A DNA stretch of 64,000 nucleotides from Gemmatimonadota bacterium (GTDB taxonomy: Bacteria; Gemmatimonadota; Gemmatimonadetes; Gemmatimonadales; GWC2-71-9), in contig JBDHJM010000007.1 in the NCBI GenBank assembly GCA_039586895.1, forward strand, positions 11,263 through 75,262, written 5' to 3'. The notes beneath the pieces were generated by a model, which was not told where the DNA came from, ran no database searches, and was given only the letters and a program-made list of their open reading frames with translations. The position numbers were made by a program, and so were the translations under genes. This document shows positions 8,250 to 18,287 of this stretch, piece after piece (position 1 is the stretch's first letter; each line of letters starts with the position of its first letter).

Positions 8250-8540
8250 TTAGTACGCCCCGCGTACCTCGTGCTCGCCGTGAATCCGGCTGTGGATCAG
8301 GCCCAGGAACCGTTTGGCGAGCTTGTCCGCCTCGCTCTCTCCGACCTGATCGGTCTTCACGGTGATCAACGTGTAGTGCCCACCCTCGGCCTGGACGCGC
8401 ATGTCGATGCGGCCCACGCCGCCCGAGAAGGATCGGGTCTGGCCGTCCGACCCGACGGGCTCGAGGCGGCTGCTGAAGTAACGGTCCGCCTCGGCCAGCA
8501 CGTCGGCCGGTGGCAGCGATGTCCGGTGGAAGTAGCGCAT
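8250..8540 (-). CDS. hypothetical protein (96 aa) between copA and copZ
   Basis: Same strand, 3 nt downstream of the copA stop, with coding bias. No motif recognised. Confidence 0.45.
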   Translation of the reverse strand: MRYFHRTSLPPADVLAEADRYFSSRLEPVGSDGQTRSFSGGVGRIDMRVQAEGGHYTLITVKTDQVGESEADKLAKRFLGLIHSRIHGEHEVRGAY

Positions 8541-8543
8541 CGT

Positions 8544-11096
8544 CTATTTCGTGAGCGAAGGGGTGAACCGTCTCAGTCTGAGGCTGTTGCCGACCACGCT
8601 GAGACTGGAGAGCGCCATGGCCGCGCTCGCGACCACCGGACTCAGCAGCAGGCCGGTGAACGGGTAGAGCACACCGGCGGCCAGCGGGATCGCCAGCGTG
8701 TTGTAAACGAACGCAAGGAACAGGTTGGAGCGGATGGTGCGGTTGGTGCGCTGCGACAGCTCGATGGCCGCCACGACGCCCCGCAGGTCGTTGCGGATCA
8801 GCGTCACGTCGGAAGCCTCGACCGCCACGTCGGTGCCGGTGCCGATCGCGAAGCCGACGTCCGCCTCGGCGAGCGCGGGCGCGTCGTTGATGCCGTCACC
8901 CACCATCGCCGTCACGTGCCCCTCCTGCTGCAGGCGCTTGATCTCGTCGGCCTTGTCGCGCGGGTCCACGTCGGCCATGACCCGCTCGATGCCGACCTCG
9001 CGCGCCACGATGTTGGCCGTCTTCTTGTTGTCGCCGCTCAGCAGGTAGACCGTGAGCCCGCGCTTCTTGAGGCTGGCCACGGTCTCCTTTGCCTCCGGCT
9101 TGATCTCGTCGGTCACGACCAGCAGACCCTGCACGGTGTCGTTGACCACGACCACGATGGGCGTGCGGCCGGCCAGGATGTGATGGTCCACCGGCCGCGC
9201 CAGGGATCCCAGCTGGAGGCTCCGCTCCTGTGCGTGGCGCACGCTAATCACCTCGACCAGGAACTTGCCCACTATGCCGCGGGCGCCGCGTCCCTCCATG
9301 GCCACGAACCGCTCGCACTGGCCCACGGGCACGTTCTTGGCCTCGGCCTCCTCCACCACGGCCTGCGCCAGCGGGTGCTCGGAGCGCGACTCCACGGCGG
9401 CCGCCAGCCGCAGCACGTCGGCCGGGCCCACCTGTGACCCGTCCTTGCGCTTGGCACCCATCACGTGAGTGACGGTGGGCCGCCCCAGGGTGATCGTCCC
9501 GGTCTTGTCGAACACGACCGCGTCCACGTTCTGAATGCTCTCCAGGGCCTCTCCGCCGCGGATCAGTATCCCGTGCTCGGCACCGCGCCCCGTCCCCACC
9601 ATGATGGCCGTGGGCGTGGCGAGCCCCAGCGCGCACGGGCATGCGATCAGCAGCACCGTCACCAGGGCGACGGTGGAGAACACGACCACCGGCTCGGGGC
9701 CTGCCACCCACCACACCACGAACGCGGCAATGGCGACGGCGATCACGACGGGAACGAAGATCCCTGCCACGCGGTCGGCGAGCCGCTGCACCGGTGCCTT
9801 GGTGCCCTGCGCCTCCTCGACCAGGCGGACGATCTGGGCCAGCGCGGTGTCGGTTCCCACCGCCGTCGCGCGGAACGTGAACGAGCCCGTCGTGTTGACC
9901 GTCCCGCCGAACACCTCGTCGCCCGTCTGCTTGGCGACCGGCATGGGCTCGCCAGTGAGCATGGCCTCGCTGACGCTGGACTCCCCCTCGACTACGATGC
10001 CGTCGACCGGCAGGGTCTCGCCCGGCCGCACCAGAACCCTGTCGCCGACCTCGACCTCCTCGACGGGGATTTCCATGTCCTCGGTGCCGCGCTGCACCCG
10101 GGCCGTCCTGGGCCTGAGGCCCAGCAGCTTGCGGATGGCTTCCGACGTGCTCCCCTTGGCCCGCGCTTCCATGAGCCGGCCCAGCAGGATCAGCGCGATG
10201 ATGGCGTTCACGCCTTCGTAGTAGACGTCGGCGGGGAGGCCCGCTCCGGCGAACAGCCAGGGCAATACCGTGGCGGCGATCGAGTAGAGCAAAGCGGCGC
10301 CGGTGCCAAGCGCGATCAGCGTGTTCATGTCCGCGGTGCGGTGCTTCATCCCGCTCCACGCACCGCGGTAGAACTGCTGCCCGCTCCACAGCACGACGGG
10401 CAGGGTGATGGCCAGCAGCGCGAGCTTGAGCAGCTGGGGGCTCGCCGCGGCGAACTCGTACAGGCCGGGGAGCACCCCGCTGAGCATGTCACTCAACGGC
10501 TGCATCAGGCGGGAAACCAGGTCGTGCTCCCGTGCCTGGTGCCCCGCCATGAGCGGCATGGAGCCCACCATCGTGACGAGTGCGGCTACCGCCGCCAGCG
10601 CGAACTTGAACGACAGCCGCTTGACCTCCGCATTGCGGCGCAGGCGCTCCCGCTCGACCGGGTCCTCGGCGGCGACCGGCTCCGCGACCTTGAATCCCGC
10701 CAGCGCGACCGCACCCTCGAGGTCCCGCGCGGTCACGAGCCCCGGCACGTACTCCACGCGCACCTGTTCGGTGGCCTGGTTGGCCGACACGCTGAGCACG
10801 CCCCCCAGCCCGGCCAGCCCGTCCTCGAGCCGGCCCACACCTGAAGCGTAGTGCAGTCCTTCGATACCGAACGTCACTATGGCCTTGGCGCAGTCGTAGC
10901 CCACGTCCCGCACGGCCCGCACCAGGTCGGCCACCTTGGCCTGCGACTGGTCGAGCTGCACCGTGGCCTTGCCGGTGGCGTAGTTGACGTTGGCATCGAG
11001 CACGCCCTGCGCCTGCGAGAGCCGCTTCTGCACGGTGACGGCGCACGCCCCACAGGTCATTCCCTCCACGGGGAGGGTTATGCGCGTGCTAGCCAT
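8544..11096 (-). CDS. copA: copper-translocating P1B-type ATPase
   Basis: Has an N-terminal [11 protein letters not shown] domain (a second HMA-like domain follows), the CPC motif ([11 protein letters not shown]), DKTGT, the GDGINDAP hinge and TGE-type actuator region. Confidence 0.95.
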   Translation of the reverse strand: MASTRITLPVEGMTCGACAVTVQKRLSQAQGVLDANVNYATGKATVQLDQSQAKVADLVRAVRDVGYDCAKAIVTFGIEGLHYASGVGRLEDGLAGLGGVLSVSANQATEQVRVEYVPGLVTARDLEGAVALAGFKVAEPVAAEDPVERERLRRNAEVKRLSFKFALAAVAALVTMVGSMPLMAGHQAREHDLVSRLMQPLSDMLSGVLPGLYEFAAASPQLLKLALLAITLPVVLWSGQQFYRGAWSGMKHRTADMNTLIALGTGAALLYSIAATVLPWLFAGAGLPADVYYEGVNAIIALILLGRLMEARAKGSTSEAIRKLLGLRPRTARVQRGTEDMEIPVEEVEVGDRVLVRPGETLPVDGIVVEGESSVSEAMLTGEPMPVAKQTGDEVFGGTVNTTGSFTFRATAVGTDTALAQIVRLVEEAQGTKAPVQRLADRVAGIFVPVVIAVAIAAFVVWWVAGPEPVVVFSTVALVTVLLIACPCALGLATPTAIMVGTGRGAEHGILIRGGEALESIQNVDAVVFDKTGTITLGRPTVTHVMGAKRKDGSQVGPADVLRLAAAVESRSEHPLAQAVVEEAEAKNVPVGQCERFVAMEGRGARGIVGKFLVEVISVRHAQERSLQLGSLARPVDHHILAGRTPIVVVVNDTVQGLLVVTDEIKPEAKETVASLKKRGLTVYLLSGDNKKTANIVAREVGIERVMADVDPRDKADEIKRLQQEGHVTAMVGDGINDAPALAEADVGFAIGTGTDVAVEASDVTLIRNDLRGVVAAIELSQRTNRTIRSNLFLAFVYNTLAIPLAAGVLYPFTGLLLSPVVASAAMALSSLSVVGNSLRLRRFTPSLTK

Positions 11097-11520
11097 GCTT
11101 GGCGTGCCCCTTCCCCAGATTGGCGCGGGCTGCGTCGCGCCCGACCTCGGCCACCACGCGGCCCTTTAGCACCTTCTTGCCGCAGCGGAAGGGGTAGTCG
11201 CCGGGCTCCTTGGGGGTGAACTGGACCATCGTGGTCTGGAACGCCGGCAGCTCCTCGTCGATGCCGAGCCCCTCGAAGACCACCCGCTCCGAGCACTCCG
11301 CAGTCTCGTCGCGATAGAAGTAGAGGCGGACCGGGCGGCCCGCCTCCACTGAAATCGTCGCTGGATCGTACCCGTCCTTCACGCGAACACGGACTTCCTG
11401 CACCACACTCTTGCCCGGCGCCAGGCGCGCCGGTGCGCTACGCGACCCCAGAAAGAACCAGAGCTCTCCGGCGATCAGCAGGACGCCCAGTACGATGACG
11501 ACGTAGTCGGCGGGACTCAA
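11089..11520 (-). CDS. membrane-anchored cupredoxin-like domain protein
   Basis: An N-terminal TM helix is followed by a beta-rich domain ([23 protein letters not shown]...GDYPFRCG). This type is commonly found next to copA. The TTG start overlaps the MIPS stop (TTGA). Confidence 0.6.
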   Translation of the reverse strand: MSPADYVVIVLGVLLIAGELWFFLGSRSAPARLAPGKSVVQEVRVRVKDGYDPATISVEAGRPVRLYFYRDETAECSERVVFEGLGIDEELPAFQTTMVQFTPKEPGDYPFRCGKKVLKGRVVAEVGRDAARANLGKGHAKHG

Positions 11521-12848
11521 ACGTTCTCGTACTCGTAGTATTCCACGCCGAGATGGGTAATCTGCTCCTCACCCATCAGCCAGCGCAGGGTGTTCTTGAG
11601 CTTGGTCTGCTGAATGAAGAGGTCGTGCTCCGGAGCCAGTCCGGGTGCGGCCATCGGGCTCTTGAAGTAGAACGACATCCACTCCTGGATGCCCACCAGA
11701 CCAGCCCGCTGCGCCAGGTCCAGGAACAGCGCGAGGTCGAGCACGATGGGAGCGGCCAGGATCGAGTCCCGGCACAGAAAGTCGATCTTTATCTGCATCG
11801 GGTATCCCAGCCACCCGAAGATGTCGATGTTGTCCCAGCCCTCCTTGTTGTCACCACGGGGCGGGTAGTAGTTGATCCGCACCTTGTGGTAGATGTTGCC
11901 GTAGAGGTCCGGGTACATCGACGGCTGCAGGATGTGCTCCAGCACGCCGAGCTTGGACTCCTCCTTCGTCTTGAAGGACTCGGGATCGTCCAGCACCTCA
12001 CCGTCGCGGTTGCCCAGGATGTTGGTGGAGTACCAGCCCGCGAGCCCCAGCATGCGCGCCTTGAGCATCGGCGACAGCACGGTCTTCATGAGGGTTTGGC
12101 CCGTCTTGAAGTCCTTGCCGCAGATCGCCGCACCCTCCTGCTCGGCCAGCTCCTGAATGGCCGGCATATCGACTGTCAGGTTGGGCGCTCCGTTGGCGAA
12201 CGGCACCTTCTCCTTGAGGCTGGCCCAGGCGTATACCATCGAGGGAGCGACGGCCTCGTCGTTCGCGTCCATGGCCTGCTCCAGCGCCGCTACCGACTCG
12301 TGCTGCGGGCCCGGCTTCAGGAACACCTCCGTGGAGGCGCACCACACCATCACCAGGCGGTCGCACTTGTGCTGGGCCTTGAAGCCGCGGATGTCTTCCC
12401 GCAGCTGCTCCCCCAGGTCGCGCCAGTTCTTGCCCTTCTTGACGTTGATGCCCTCGAGCCGCTTCACGTAGCGCTGGTCGAACACCGCCGGCATCGGCTT
12501 GATGCCCTGCAGGAACTCCTTTATGGGCTCGATGTGGGGCGCGTCCAGCACGCCGGCCACCTTGGCAGACTCGTATGCGTCGTCCGGAATGGGATCCCAT
12601 GCGCCGAACACCATGTCGTCGAGCGATGCGAGCGGCACGAAGTCCTTGATCAGCGGAGACCGGTTCTCGGTCCGCTTGCCCAGGCGGATCGTGGCCATCT
12701 CGCCCAACGATCCGATCGCCTTGGCGTTGCCGCGCCGGACGTTCTCCACTCCGGCTACGAAGGTCGTCGCTACTGCACCCAGCCCCACGAGGAGCACGCC
12801 GAGCGTGCCCTCTGCTGGAGCGACTTCCTTCCGGTTCGTTTCCGTCAC
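11517..12848 (-). CDS. ino1: inositol-3-phosphate synthase (myo-inositol-1-phosphate synthase)
   Basis: A 443-aa protein with a GVLLVGLGAVATT Rossmann start and the conserved C-terminal half (NILGNRDG, SKLGVLE, and others). The GTG start overlaps the upstream stop (GTGA). Confidence 0.85.
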   Translation of the reverse strand: MTETNRKEVAPAEGTLGVLLVGLGAVATTFVAGVENVRRGNAKAIGSLGEMATIRLGKRTENRSPLIKDFVPLASLDDMVFGAWDPIPDDAYESAKVAGVLDAPHIEPIKEFLQGIKPMPAVFDQRYVKRLEGINVKKGKNWRDLGEQLREDIRGFKAQHKCDRLVMVWCASTEVFLKPGPQHESVAALEQAMDANDEAVAPSMVYAWASLKEKVPFANGAPNLTVDMPAIQELAEQEGAAICGKDFKTGQTLMKTVLSPMLKARMLGLAGWYSTNILGNRDGEVLDDPESFKTKEESKLGVLEHILQPSMYPDLYGNIYHKVRINYYPPRGDNKEGWDNIDIFGWLGYPMQIKIDFLCRDSILAAPIVLDLALFLDLAQRAGLVGIQEWMSFYFKSPMAAPGLAPEHDLFIQQTKLKNTLRWLMGEEQITHLGVEYYEYENV

Positions 12849-13540
12849 TGCGGTGTCCTTTCCTTGGCCGACATTTCAGCGAGCGGAGAGGCCCAACGCG
12901 CTTGCGTGGACCGCTTCCGGACTCGCGTGATCTTTCGGACGTGATGAATGCGCTGCCCCACGGTGATCACCGCGAGCAGAGCGAGCACAGCCGTGATGCC
13001 GAGTAGCATGAAGCCGTTGGGACCGGCCCCGAATATCATGGTCGGGAAGCCGAGACCCAGCACCCGCTCGGCGCGCTGAGCGATACCCACCCTGCACTCC
13101 AGCCCCAGCCCCTCCGCGCGGGCGCGGGCGTACGACACGATGAGTCCCGCGCCCAGGGCGGTGATGCCGACTGCGGCCGCAGCGATGCGCCATGCCTCCG
13201 GCACGCCGCCCGCCACGAAGAAGATCGTGATGCCGCCGAACAGCGCCGCGTCACCGACACGGTCGAGCGTGGAGTCGTAGAACGCCCCGAACTTGGTGGT
13301 GCCGCCGCTCTTGCGGGCCACGCGGCCGTCGAGCATGTCGAGCACGCCGCTGAGCAGCAGCAAGAACCCGCCCAGCCGCACGGCGCCCAGGCCGAAGGCG
13401 GCCGCCGACCCGACGAGGACCAGTGTCCCCACCGTGGTGATCGCGTTCGGAGAGGCCCCGACCGCCACCAGACCGTTGACGATTGGGGCCAGCATGGCCT
13501 CGTTGGCGCGGCGCAGCCAACCGGGTATCAGGGACGCCAT
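12845..13540 (-). CDS. CDP-alcohol phosphatidyltransferase (phosphatidylinositol-phosphate synthase-like)
   Basis: Carries the DG(x2)AR(x8)G(x3)D(x3)D motif as DGRVARKSGGTTKFGAFYDSTLDRVGD. The protein is polytopic. Confidence 0.85.
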   Translation of the reverse strand: MASLIPGWLRRANEAMLAPIVNGLVAVGASPNAITTVGTLVLVGSAAAFGLGAVRLGGFLLLLSGVLDMLDGRVARKSGGTTKFGAFYDSTLDRVGDAALFGGITIFFVAGGVPEAWRIAAAAVGITALGAGLIVSYARARAEGLGLECRVGIAQRAERVLGLGFPTMIFGAGPNGFMLLGITAVLALLAVITVGQRIHHVRKITRVRKRSTQARWASPLAEMSAKERTPQ

Positions 13541-13591
13541 TTCTGCTCGGGTTCGGTGAGCGGTAAGAATAATGGGGAAAGGCGGTTGCGG

Positions 13592-14797
13592 CTAGTACAC
13601 GAGGTACGCCTCACGCGCCTGCCGGAACCGGTCCAGCTCGTCCACCCAGGAGGCGATCACAGCCTCCGGATCGGCGCCCTCGCTTATCGCTTGCCACAGC
13701 CTGGAGCCGCCGGCCAGCCGTGCGAGCCGGGCCTCGCGCACGGTCAGTGAATCGCCGTGCAGGCCGTGGACGGCCGCCAGCAGGCGCACCGCGGCGGCCA
13801 CCGGATCGTACGCGTCACGGTCCGTCACGAGCAGCCGCACAGCCGGGATCTCGCGGTCCGGGTACTTGCCGTCGGGCGGCTGCTCGGGGCGCACCGTGGT
13901 GTCGCTCAGCAGCGCCCCCGGCACGGCTCCCACCGCGCGGACGACGCCCGGGGCGTCCAGCCAGGGAGCACCCAGCACCTGGAATGCCACCGCAGTGCCG
14001 CGCCCCACCGAGAGGTTGGTCGCCTCGAACAGCACGGTTCCCGGATAGTGGGTCGCGCTCTCGAGATCGGGCATGCTGGGCGACGGCCGCACCCAGGGCA
14101 CGCCTGTGTCGTCATACCAGCGATCGCGGGTCCATCCCGCGGCCGGCACCACGGTCAGCCGCGCCCCGATTGCCAGCCAGTCGTTGCCGAACAGCGCCAG
14201 CTCGCCCAGCGTCATGCCGTGCCGCAGAGCCACCGGCAGCATCCCCACGAACGATGAGTACGTGGTGTCGAGGACCGGGCCCTGCACGTGGACGCCGTCG
14301 ATCGGGTTGGGCCGGTCCAGCACGAGTACCTGCACTTCGTGGACGGCCGCCGCCTCCATGGTGCGCAGGGCGGTGGAGATGAATGTGTAGGGCCGCGCCC
14401 CCACGTCGTGGAGGTCCACCAGAATGACGTCCACCTCCTGCAGCATCTCCTCCGTGGGAGCCCGCACGTTGCCGTACAGAGAGAAGATGGACGTTCCGGT
14501 AGTCGTATCGATGCCGTGCGCGATGAGCTCCTCGTCCAGCACGCCGCGATACCCGTGCTCCGGAGCGAAAATCGCTGTAACTTCGACCTCGGCCTCGAGC
14601 AGGCGCTCGAGGTCGCTGACACCGTTGCGGTCACGGCCCGTCTGGTTGGTGAGGAGTCCGACGCGCCGCCCCGCGATCAGGTGCAGCGAGTCTTCGAGCA
14701 GCACTTCGATGCCGGGGCGGACGGCCCGGTCGGCCGGAGCCGGCGGCGTGCAGCCCGCGCAGACGAGCGCCAACCACCACACAATGGGTTTATGCAT
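13592..14797 (-). CDS. namZ: DUF1343/YbbC-family protein (exo-beta-N-acetylmuramidase NamZ-like), lipoprotein signal
   Basis: Has GLLTNQTGRD, FAPEHGY and a C-terminal DUF1343-like region. The signal peptide is MHKPIVWWLALVCAGC. Confidence 0.75.
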   Translation of the reverse strand: MHKPIVWWLALVCAGCTPPAPADRAVRPGIEVLLEDSLHLIAGRRVGLLTNQTGRDRNGVSDLERLLEAEVEVTAIFAPEHGYRGVLDEELIAHGIDTTTGTSIFSLYGNVRAPTEEMLQEVDVILVDLHDVGARPYTFISTALRTMEAAAVHEVQVLVLDRPNPIDGVHVQGPVLDTTYSSFVGMLPVALRHGMTLGELALFGNDWLAIGARLTVVPAAGWTRDRWYDDTGVPWVRPSPSMPDLESATHYPGTVLFEATNLSVGRGTAVAFQVLGAPWLDAPGVVRAVGAVPGALLSDTTVRPEQPPDGKYPDREIPAVRLLVTDRDAYDPVAAAVRLLAAVHGLHGDSLTVREARLARLAGGSRLWQAISEGADPEAVIASWVDELDRFRQAREAYLVY

Positions 14798-17665
14798 TAT
14801 CGCTCACTCACCGTAGCCAGCCTGCTCCTCGTCTTTGCCTGCAGCCGGGCAGCCGCGCCCGCAGCCGAGGCGCCGCCGGTCGCGCCGGATCCCTATGCAG
14901 TACTGCCGCCCGCCGAGGTGCACGGGGCGTCGCCTAAGATAAGCATCGACTCGCTGCTGGAAACGCTCACGGTGCGGGAGAAGGTGGGCCAGCTGGTGAT
15001 GCCGTGGCTGCTGGGCAACTACGCAGCGTTCGAGAGCGAGGAGTACGACACGCTGGCCGTGTGGGTGGATTCGCTGGGGGTGGGCGGGATCATCATCTCG
15101 CTGGGTCAGCCGTTCGAGGTGGCGGCCAAGCTCAATGCGCTGCAGCGGCGCGCACGGCTTCCCCTGCTGATCGCTGCCGACCTGGAGTGGGGCAGCGGCA
15201 TGCGCCTGGCCGGGGGCACGACCTTCCCGCACGCCATGGCGTTCGGGGCCACGGGGCGCGTCGAGGACGCGTACGACCTGGCCCGCGTGACCGCGGCAGA
15301 AGCTCGCGCGGTGGGGATCCACCTGACCTTCTCGCCGGTGGCTGACGTGAACAACAACCCCGGCAACCCGATCATCAACACGCGGTCCTTCGGGGAGGAC
15401 CCGTCTGCCGCGGCCGAACTGGTTGCGGCCTATGTGCGGGGCGCCCGCGAGCACGGTCTGTTCACGACCGCCAAGCACTTCCCGGGTCACGGCGACACCG
15501 ATACCGACTCCCACATCCGGCTTCCGGTGGTGCGGGCCTGCTGGGAGCGGCTCGACACGCTCGAGCTGGTGCCGTTCCGCTCCGCGATCGAGGCCGGGGT
15601 CACTGCGGTGATGACCGCGCACGTCGCCCTGCCCTGCCTCACCGGCGACGACGCTCCGGCCACGCTCTCGCCCCAGGTGATAACCGGGGTGCTGCGGGAC
15701 TCGCTGGACTTCAAAGGCCTCGCCGTCACCGACGCCCTCACCATGGGCGCCATCGTGGAGCGCTACGGCGCGGGCGAGAGCGCGGTGCTGGCGCTGCTCG
15801 CGGGCAGCGACATGGTGCTGATGCCCAACGACGCCCGGGCGGCGATCGAGGCCGTGGTGGCGGCCGTCGACTCGGGCAGGATAAGCGAGGCGCGGCTCGA
15901 CACCTCGGTGCGCCGCGTGCTCACGCTCAAGTACAGCGCCGGACTGTTCGCGCGGCGCACCGTCCGGCTGGACAGCGTGCCGACGGTGGTGGGAAGCGAG
16001 GACTTCAAGGCCATTGCCGACGACGTGGCCGCACGTTCCCTGACTCTGGTGCAGCCCGGACCGCTCGAGCGGTTCCGCGCTCGGCGCGGCCCACTGGCCG
16101 TCGTCACGTACGCCGAGGAGTCGAACCTGACCGTCGGCAACCGCATGATCCGCGAGCTCAGGCGCCTCGGGAACTCGGTCACTTCGTTCCGCCTCTACCC
16201 GGCCTCCGGCACCCTGTCGTACGACTCGGCCCGAGCGCTGATCGCGGAACATCAGGAGATCGTCTTCGCGGTGAGCGTCCGCTTCCTCGCTTGGCGCGGG
16301 CACGTTTCGCTGCCCGACTCGCTGGCGGCGCTGGTGCTCGCGACCGACAGCGTGCGGCCCACCGTGCTGGCTTCACTGGGGAGCCCCTATCTGCTGGCGC
16401 AGTTGCCCGGGTTCGGCGGCGCCTATCTCATCGCGTGGAGCGACGCCGCCGCCACGGAGCGCGCCGTCGCGCAGGCGCTGTCGGGCGGGGCCGCCATTAC
16501 CGGGCGCCTTCCCATCACGCTCTCGGAGGCCCATCCGGTCGGGTTCGGGGTCGAGGTCCCGCCGCAGCGGCGGCTCGACCTTGAGCGCCTCGCAGCAGTC
16601 ACGCTGTTCCTCGAGGAGAGGTCGGCCGAGGGCGCCTTTCCCGGCGGCGTGTTCGAGGTGGGCCACCGCGGAGTGGTGGCGTATCGCAGCCCGGTGGGTC
16701 ACTACGCGGAGGACGACCTGCGGCCCGTGAGCGATACGACCGTGTACGACCTGGCCAGCCTCACCAAGGTCATAGGGCTCACCACGGCGGGCATGCTGCT
16801 GGTGGCCGACGGCGCACTGGACCTGGACCGTCCGGTAGTGGACTACGTCCCGGGATTCAGCGGCGCGGGCAAGGAGTCGGTTCTGGTCCGGCACCTGCTC
16901 ACGCACACCTCGGGACTGCCAGCGTGGGAGCCGATTTACGATAGGGCGGCCTCGAAGGACGAGGCCGTGGCGATGGTGCTTGCCGCGGATCTCGTGTCGC
17001 CTCCCGGCGAGCGCTACCTGTACTCCGACCTGGGCGCGATCACCCTCACGCAGGTGGTCGAGGCCGTGGCCGGGGAGCCGCTGGACAGCTACCTCGAGCG
17101 CCGCGTGTTCGGGCCGCTCGCAATGGAGCGCACCCGGTTCCGGCCCCCCCGGGACTGGCTCGAGTTCATCGCCCCCACCGAGCACGATCCGTGGCGCGGC
17201 CGCCTGCTGCACGGCGAGGTGCACGACGAGAACGCCGCGCGTCTCGGCGGCGTGTCGGGCCACGCGGGGCTGTTCTCCAACGCGCCGGACATGGCGCGCT
17301 TCGCCCTCTGGCTGCTCGACGCCTGGCACGACCGGCTGCCGCCCGACGCAGACCCATACATTCCGGGCGAGATCGTGCGCGGCTTCACCCGGCTGCAGCC
17401 CGGCCCCGACGGCTCCACCCGCGCGCTGGGATGGGACACGCCCACTCCGTCCGGCGGCGGCTCGGCGGGGCACTTACTCTCTGCCACGGCCTTCGGCCAC
17501 ACCGGGTTCACGGGGACCAGCATCTGGATCGACCCCGAGCGCGAGCTGTTCATCTTGCTGCTGACCAACCGGGTGCACCCGACGCGCGAGAACCGCGCGA
17601 TCCTGAGGATTCGCGGCGATGTTGCGGACTCGGTGGTGGAGGCGCTGCTGCAGCCCCACGAGTAG
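14792..17665 (+). CDS. fusion protein: GH3 beta-N-acetylhexosaminidase (NagZ-like) + serine hydrolase/beta-lactamase-fold domain (AmiE-like)
   Basis: Starts with the signal MHYRSLTVASLLLVFAC. GH3 motifs are KHFPGHGDT and AVTDAL, and the C-terminal domain has SLTK (SxxK). I chose the ATG at 14792, not the ORF-track start at 14288. Confidence 0.85.
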   Translation: MHYRSLTVASLLLVFACSRAAAPAAEAPPVAPDPYAVLPPAEVHGASPKISIDSLLETLTVREKVGQLVMPWLLGNYAAFESEEYDTLAVWVDSLGVGGIIISLGQPFEVAAKLNALQRRARLPLLIAADLEWGSGMRLAGGTTFPHAMAFGATGRVEDAYDLARVTAAEARAVGIHLTFSPVADVNNNPGNPIINTRSFGEDPSAAAELVAAYVRGAREHGLFTTAKHFPGHGDTDTDSHIRLPVVRACWERLDTLELVPFRSAIEAGVTAVMTAHVALPCLTGDDAPATLSPQVITGVLRDSLDFKGLAVTDALTMGAIVERYGAGESAVLALLAGSDMVLMPNDARAAIEAVVAAVDSGRISEARLDTSVRRVLTLKYSAGLFARRTVRLDSVPTVVGSEDFKAIADDVAARSLTLVQPGPLERFRARRGPLAVVTYAEESNLTVGNRMIRELRRLGNSVTSFRLYPASGTLSYDSARALIAEHQEIVFAVSVRFLAWRGHVSLPDSLAALVLATDSVRPTVLASLGSPYLLAQLPGFGGAYLIAWSDAAATERAVAQALSGGAAITGRLPITLSEAHPVGFGVEVPPQRRLDLERLAAVTLFLEERSAEGAFPGGVFEVGHRGVVAYRSPVGHYAEDDLRPVSDTTVYDLASLTKVIGLTTAGMLLVADGALDLDRPVVDYVPGFSGAGKESVLVRHLLTHTSGLPAWEPIYDRAASKDEAVAMVLAADLVSPPGERYLYSDLGAITLTQVVEAVAGEPLDSYLERRVFGPLAMERTRFRPPRDWLEFIAPTEHDPWRGRLLHGEVHDENAARLGGVSGHAGLFSNAPDMARFALWLLDAWHDRLPPDADPYIPGEIVRGFTRLQPGPDGSTRALGWDTPTPSGGGSAGHLLSATAFGHTGFTGTSIWIDPERELFILLLTNRVHPTRENRAILRIRGDVADSVVEALLQPHE

Positions 17666-17792
17666 CCGTTTCGGCACGCCTTCGGACAGCGCCGGCCGGG
17701 AACCCAGGACACACTGGATTCGTTACCTGTGTGACGGCGTAAGTCATTAACTAGCAGCGACATGCAGGATTCGGGCCAGCGTCTCCCAAGCG

Positions 17793-17821
17793 TTGACTAA
17801 TGGCCCGGGACTCCTTACCTT
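17793..17821 (+). promoter_or_regulatory. candidate sigma70-type promoter for the iscA-like gene
   Basis: TTGACT (17793..17798), a 17-nt spacer, then TACCTT (17816..17821), about 25 nt upstream of the ATG. Confidence 0.25.
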
Positions 17822-17846
17822 GCGCGCTCACACTGGAGGCACGCGC

Positions 17847-18209
17847 ATGACCACAACTCAGCGGCCACAGGTCACCGTAGCGGTCAATCTGACCGACGAG
17901 GCAGTGGCTCAGATTCGTAGTTTCATGGAGCAGGAGGACGTCCCGCAGGAGACCGCCGGTCTTCGGATCGCGGTGTTGCCGGGCGGCTGCTCCGGCTTCA
18001 AGTACGGCCTGAACATCGAAGAGCGTCCGCTTGACGACGACATCCAGGCCGAGGTCAACGGCCTCCGGGTGTTCGTGGACGCTTTCAGCGCGCAGTACCT
18101 GAACGGCACGACCGTCAACTACGTCTCCACGATGCAGGGGGCGGGGTTCACATTCGAGAACCCGAACGCCACCGGCGGGTGTGGCTGCGGCAGTTCGTTC
18201 ACGGCGTAG
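17847..18209 (+). CDS. iron-sulfur cluster insertion/assembly protein (IscA/ErpA/HesB family)
   Basis: Has GGCSGFKY and a C-terminal GGCGCGSSF. GGAGG lies 7 nt upstream of the ATG at 17847. Confidence 0.9.
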   Translation: MTTTQRPQVTVAVNLTDEAVAQIRSFMEQEDVPQETAGLRIAVLPGGCSGFKYGLNIEERPLDDDIQAEVNGLRVFVDAFSAQYLNGTTVNYVSTMQGAGFTFENPNATGGCGCGSSFTA

Positions 18210-18238
18210 CCGCTTGCGCATTCAGTTGGAGTTCTTCC

Positions 18239-18274
18239 AGGGGCCTGCGACCATCGCGGGCCCCTTTGCTTTTG
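18239..18274 (+). terminator. rho-independent terminator after the iscA-like gene
   Basis: A 12-bp stem AGGGGCCTGCGA/TCGCGGGCCCCT (one G-U pair) is followed by TTGCTTTTG. Confidence 0.6.
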
Positions 18275-18287
18275 CACCCAACCGACC

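Noticed and set aside
14804-16303. Long ORFs antisense to or out of frame with recognisable genes, for example 14804..16303(-), 20890..22566(+), 28348..30753(+), 34018..35868(-), 57286..58809(+), 62598..63569(+), 667..1446(+).
   Set aside because: Their translations are Arg/Gly/Pro/Ala-rich low-complexity strings with no motifs. The opposite or alternate frame encodes clear family members. Shadow ORFs like these are expected in GC-rich DNA because stop codons are rare.
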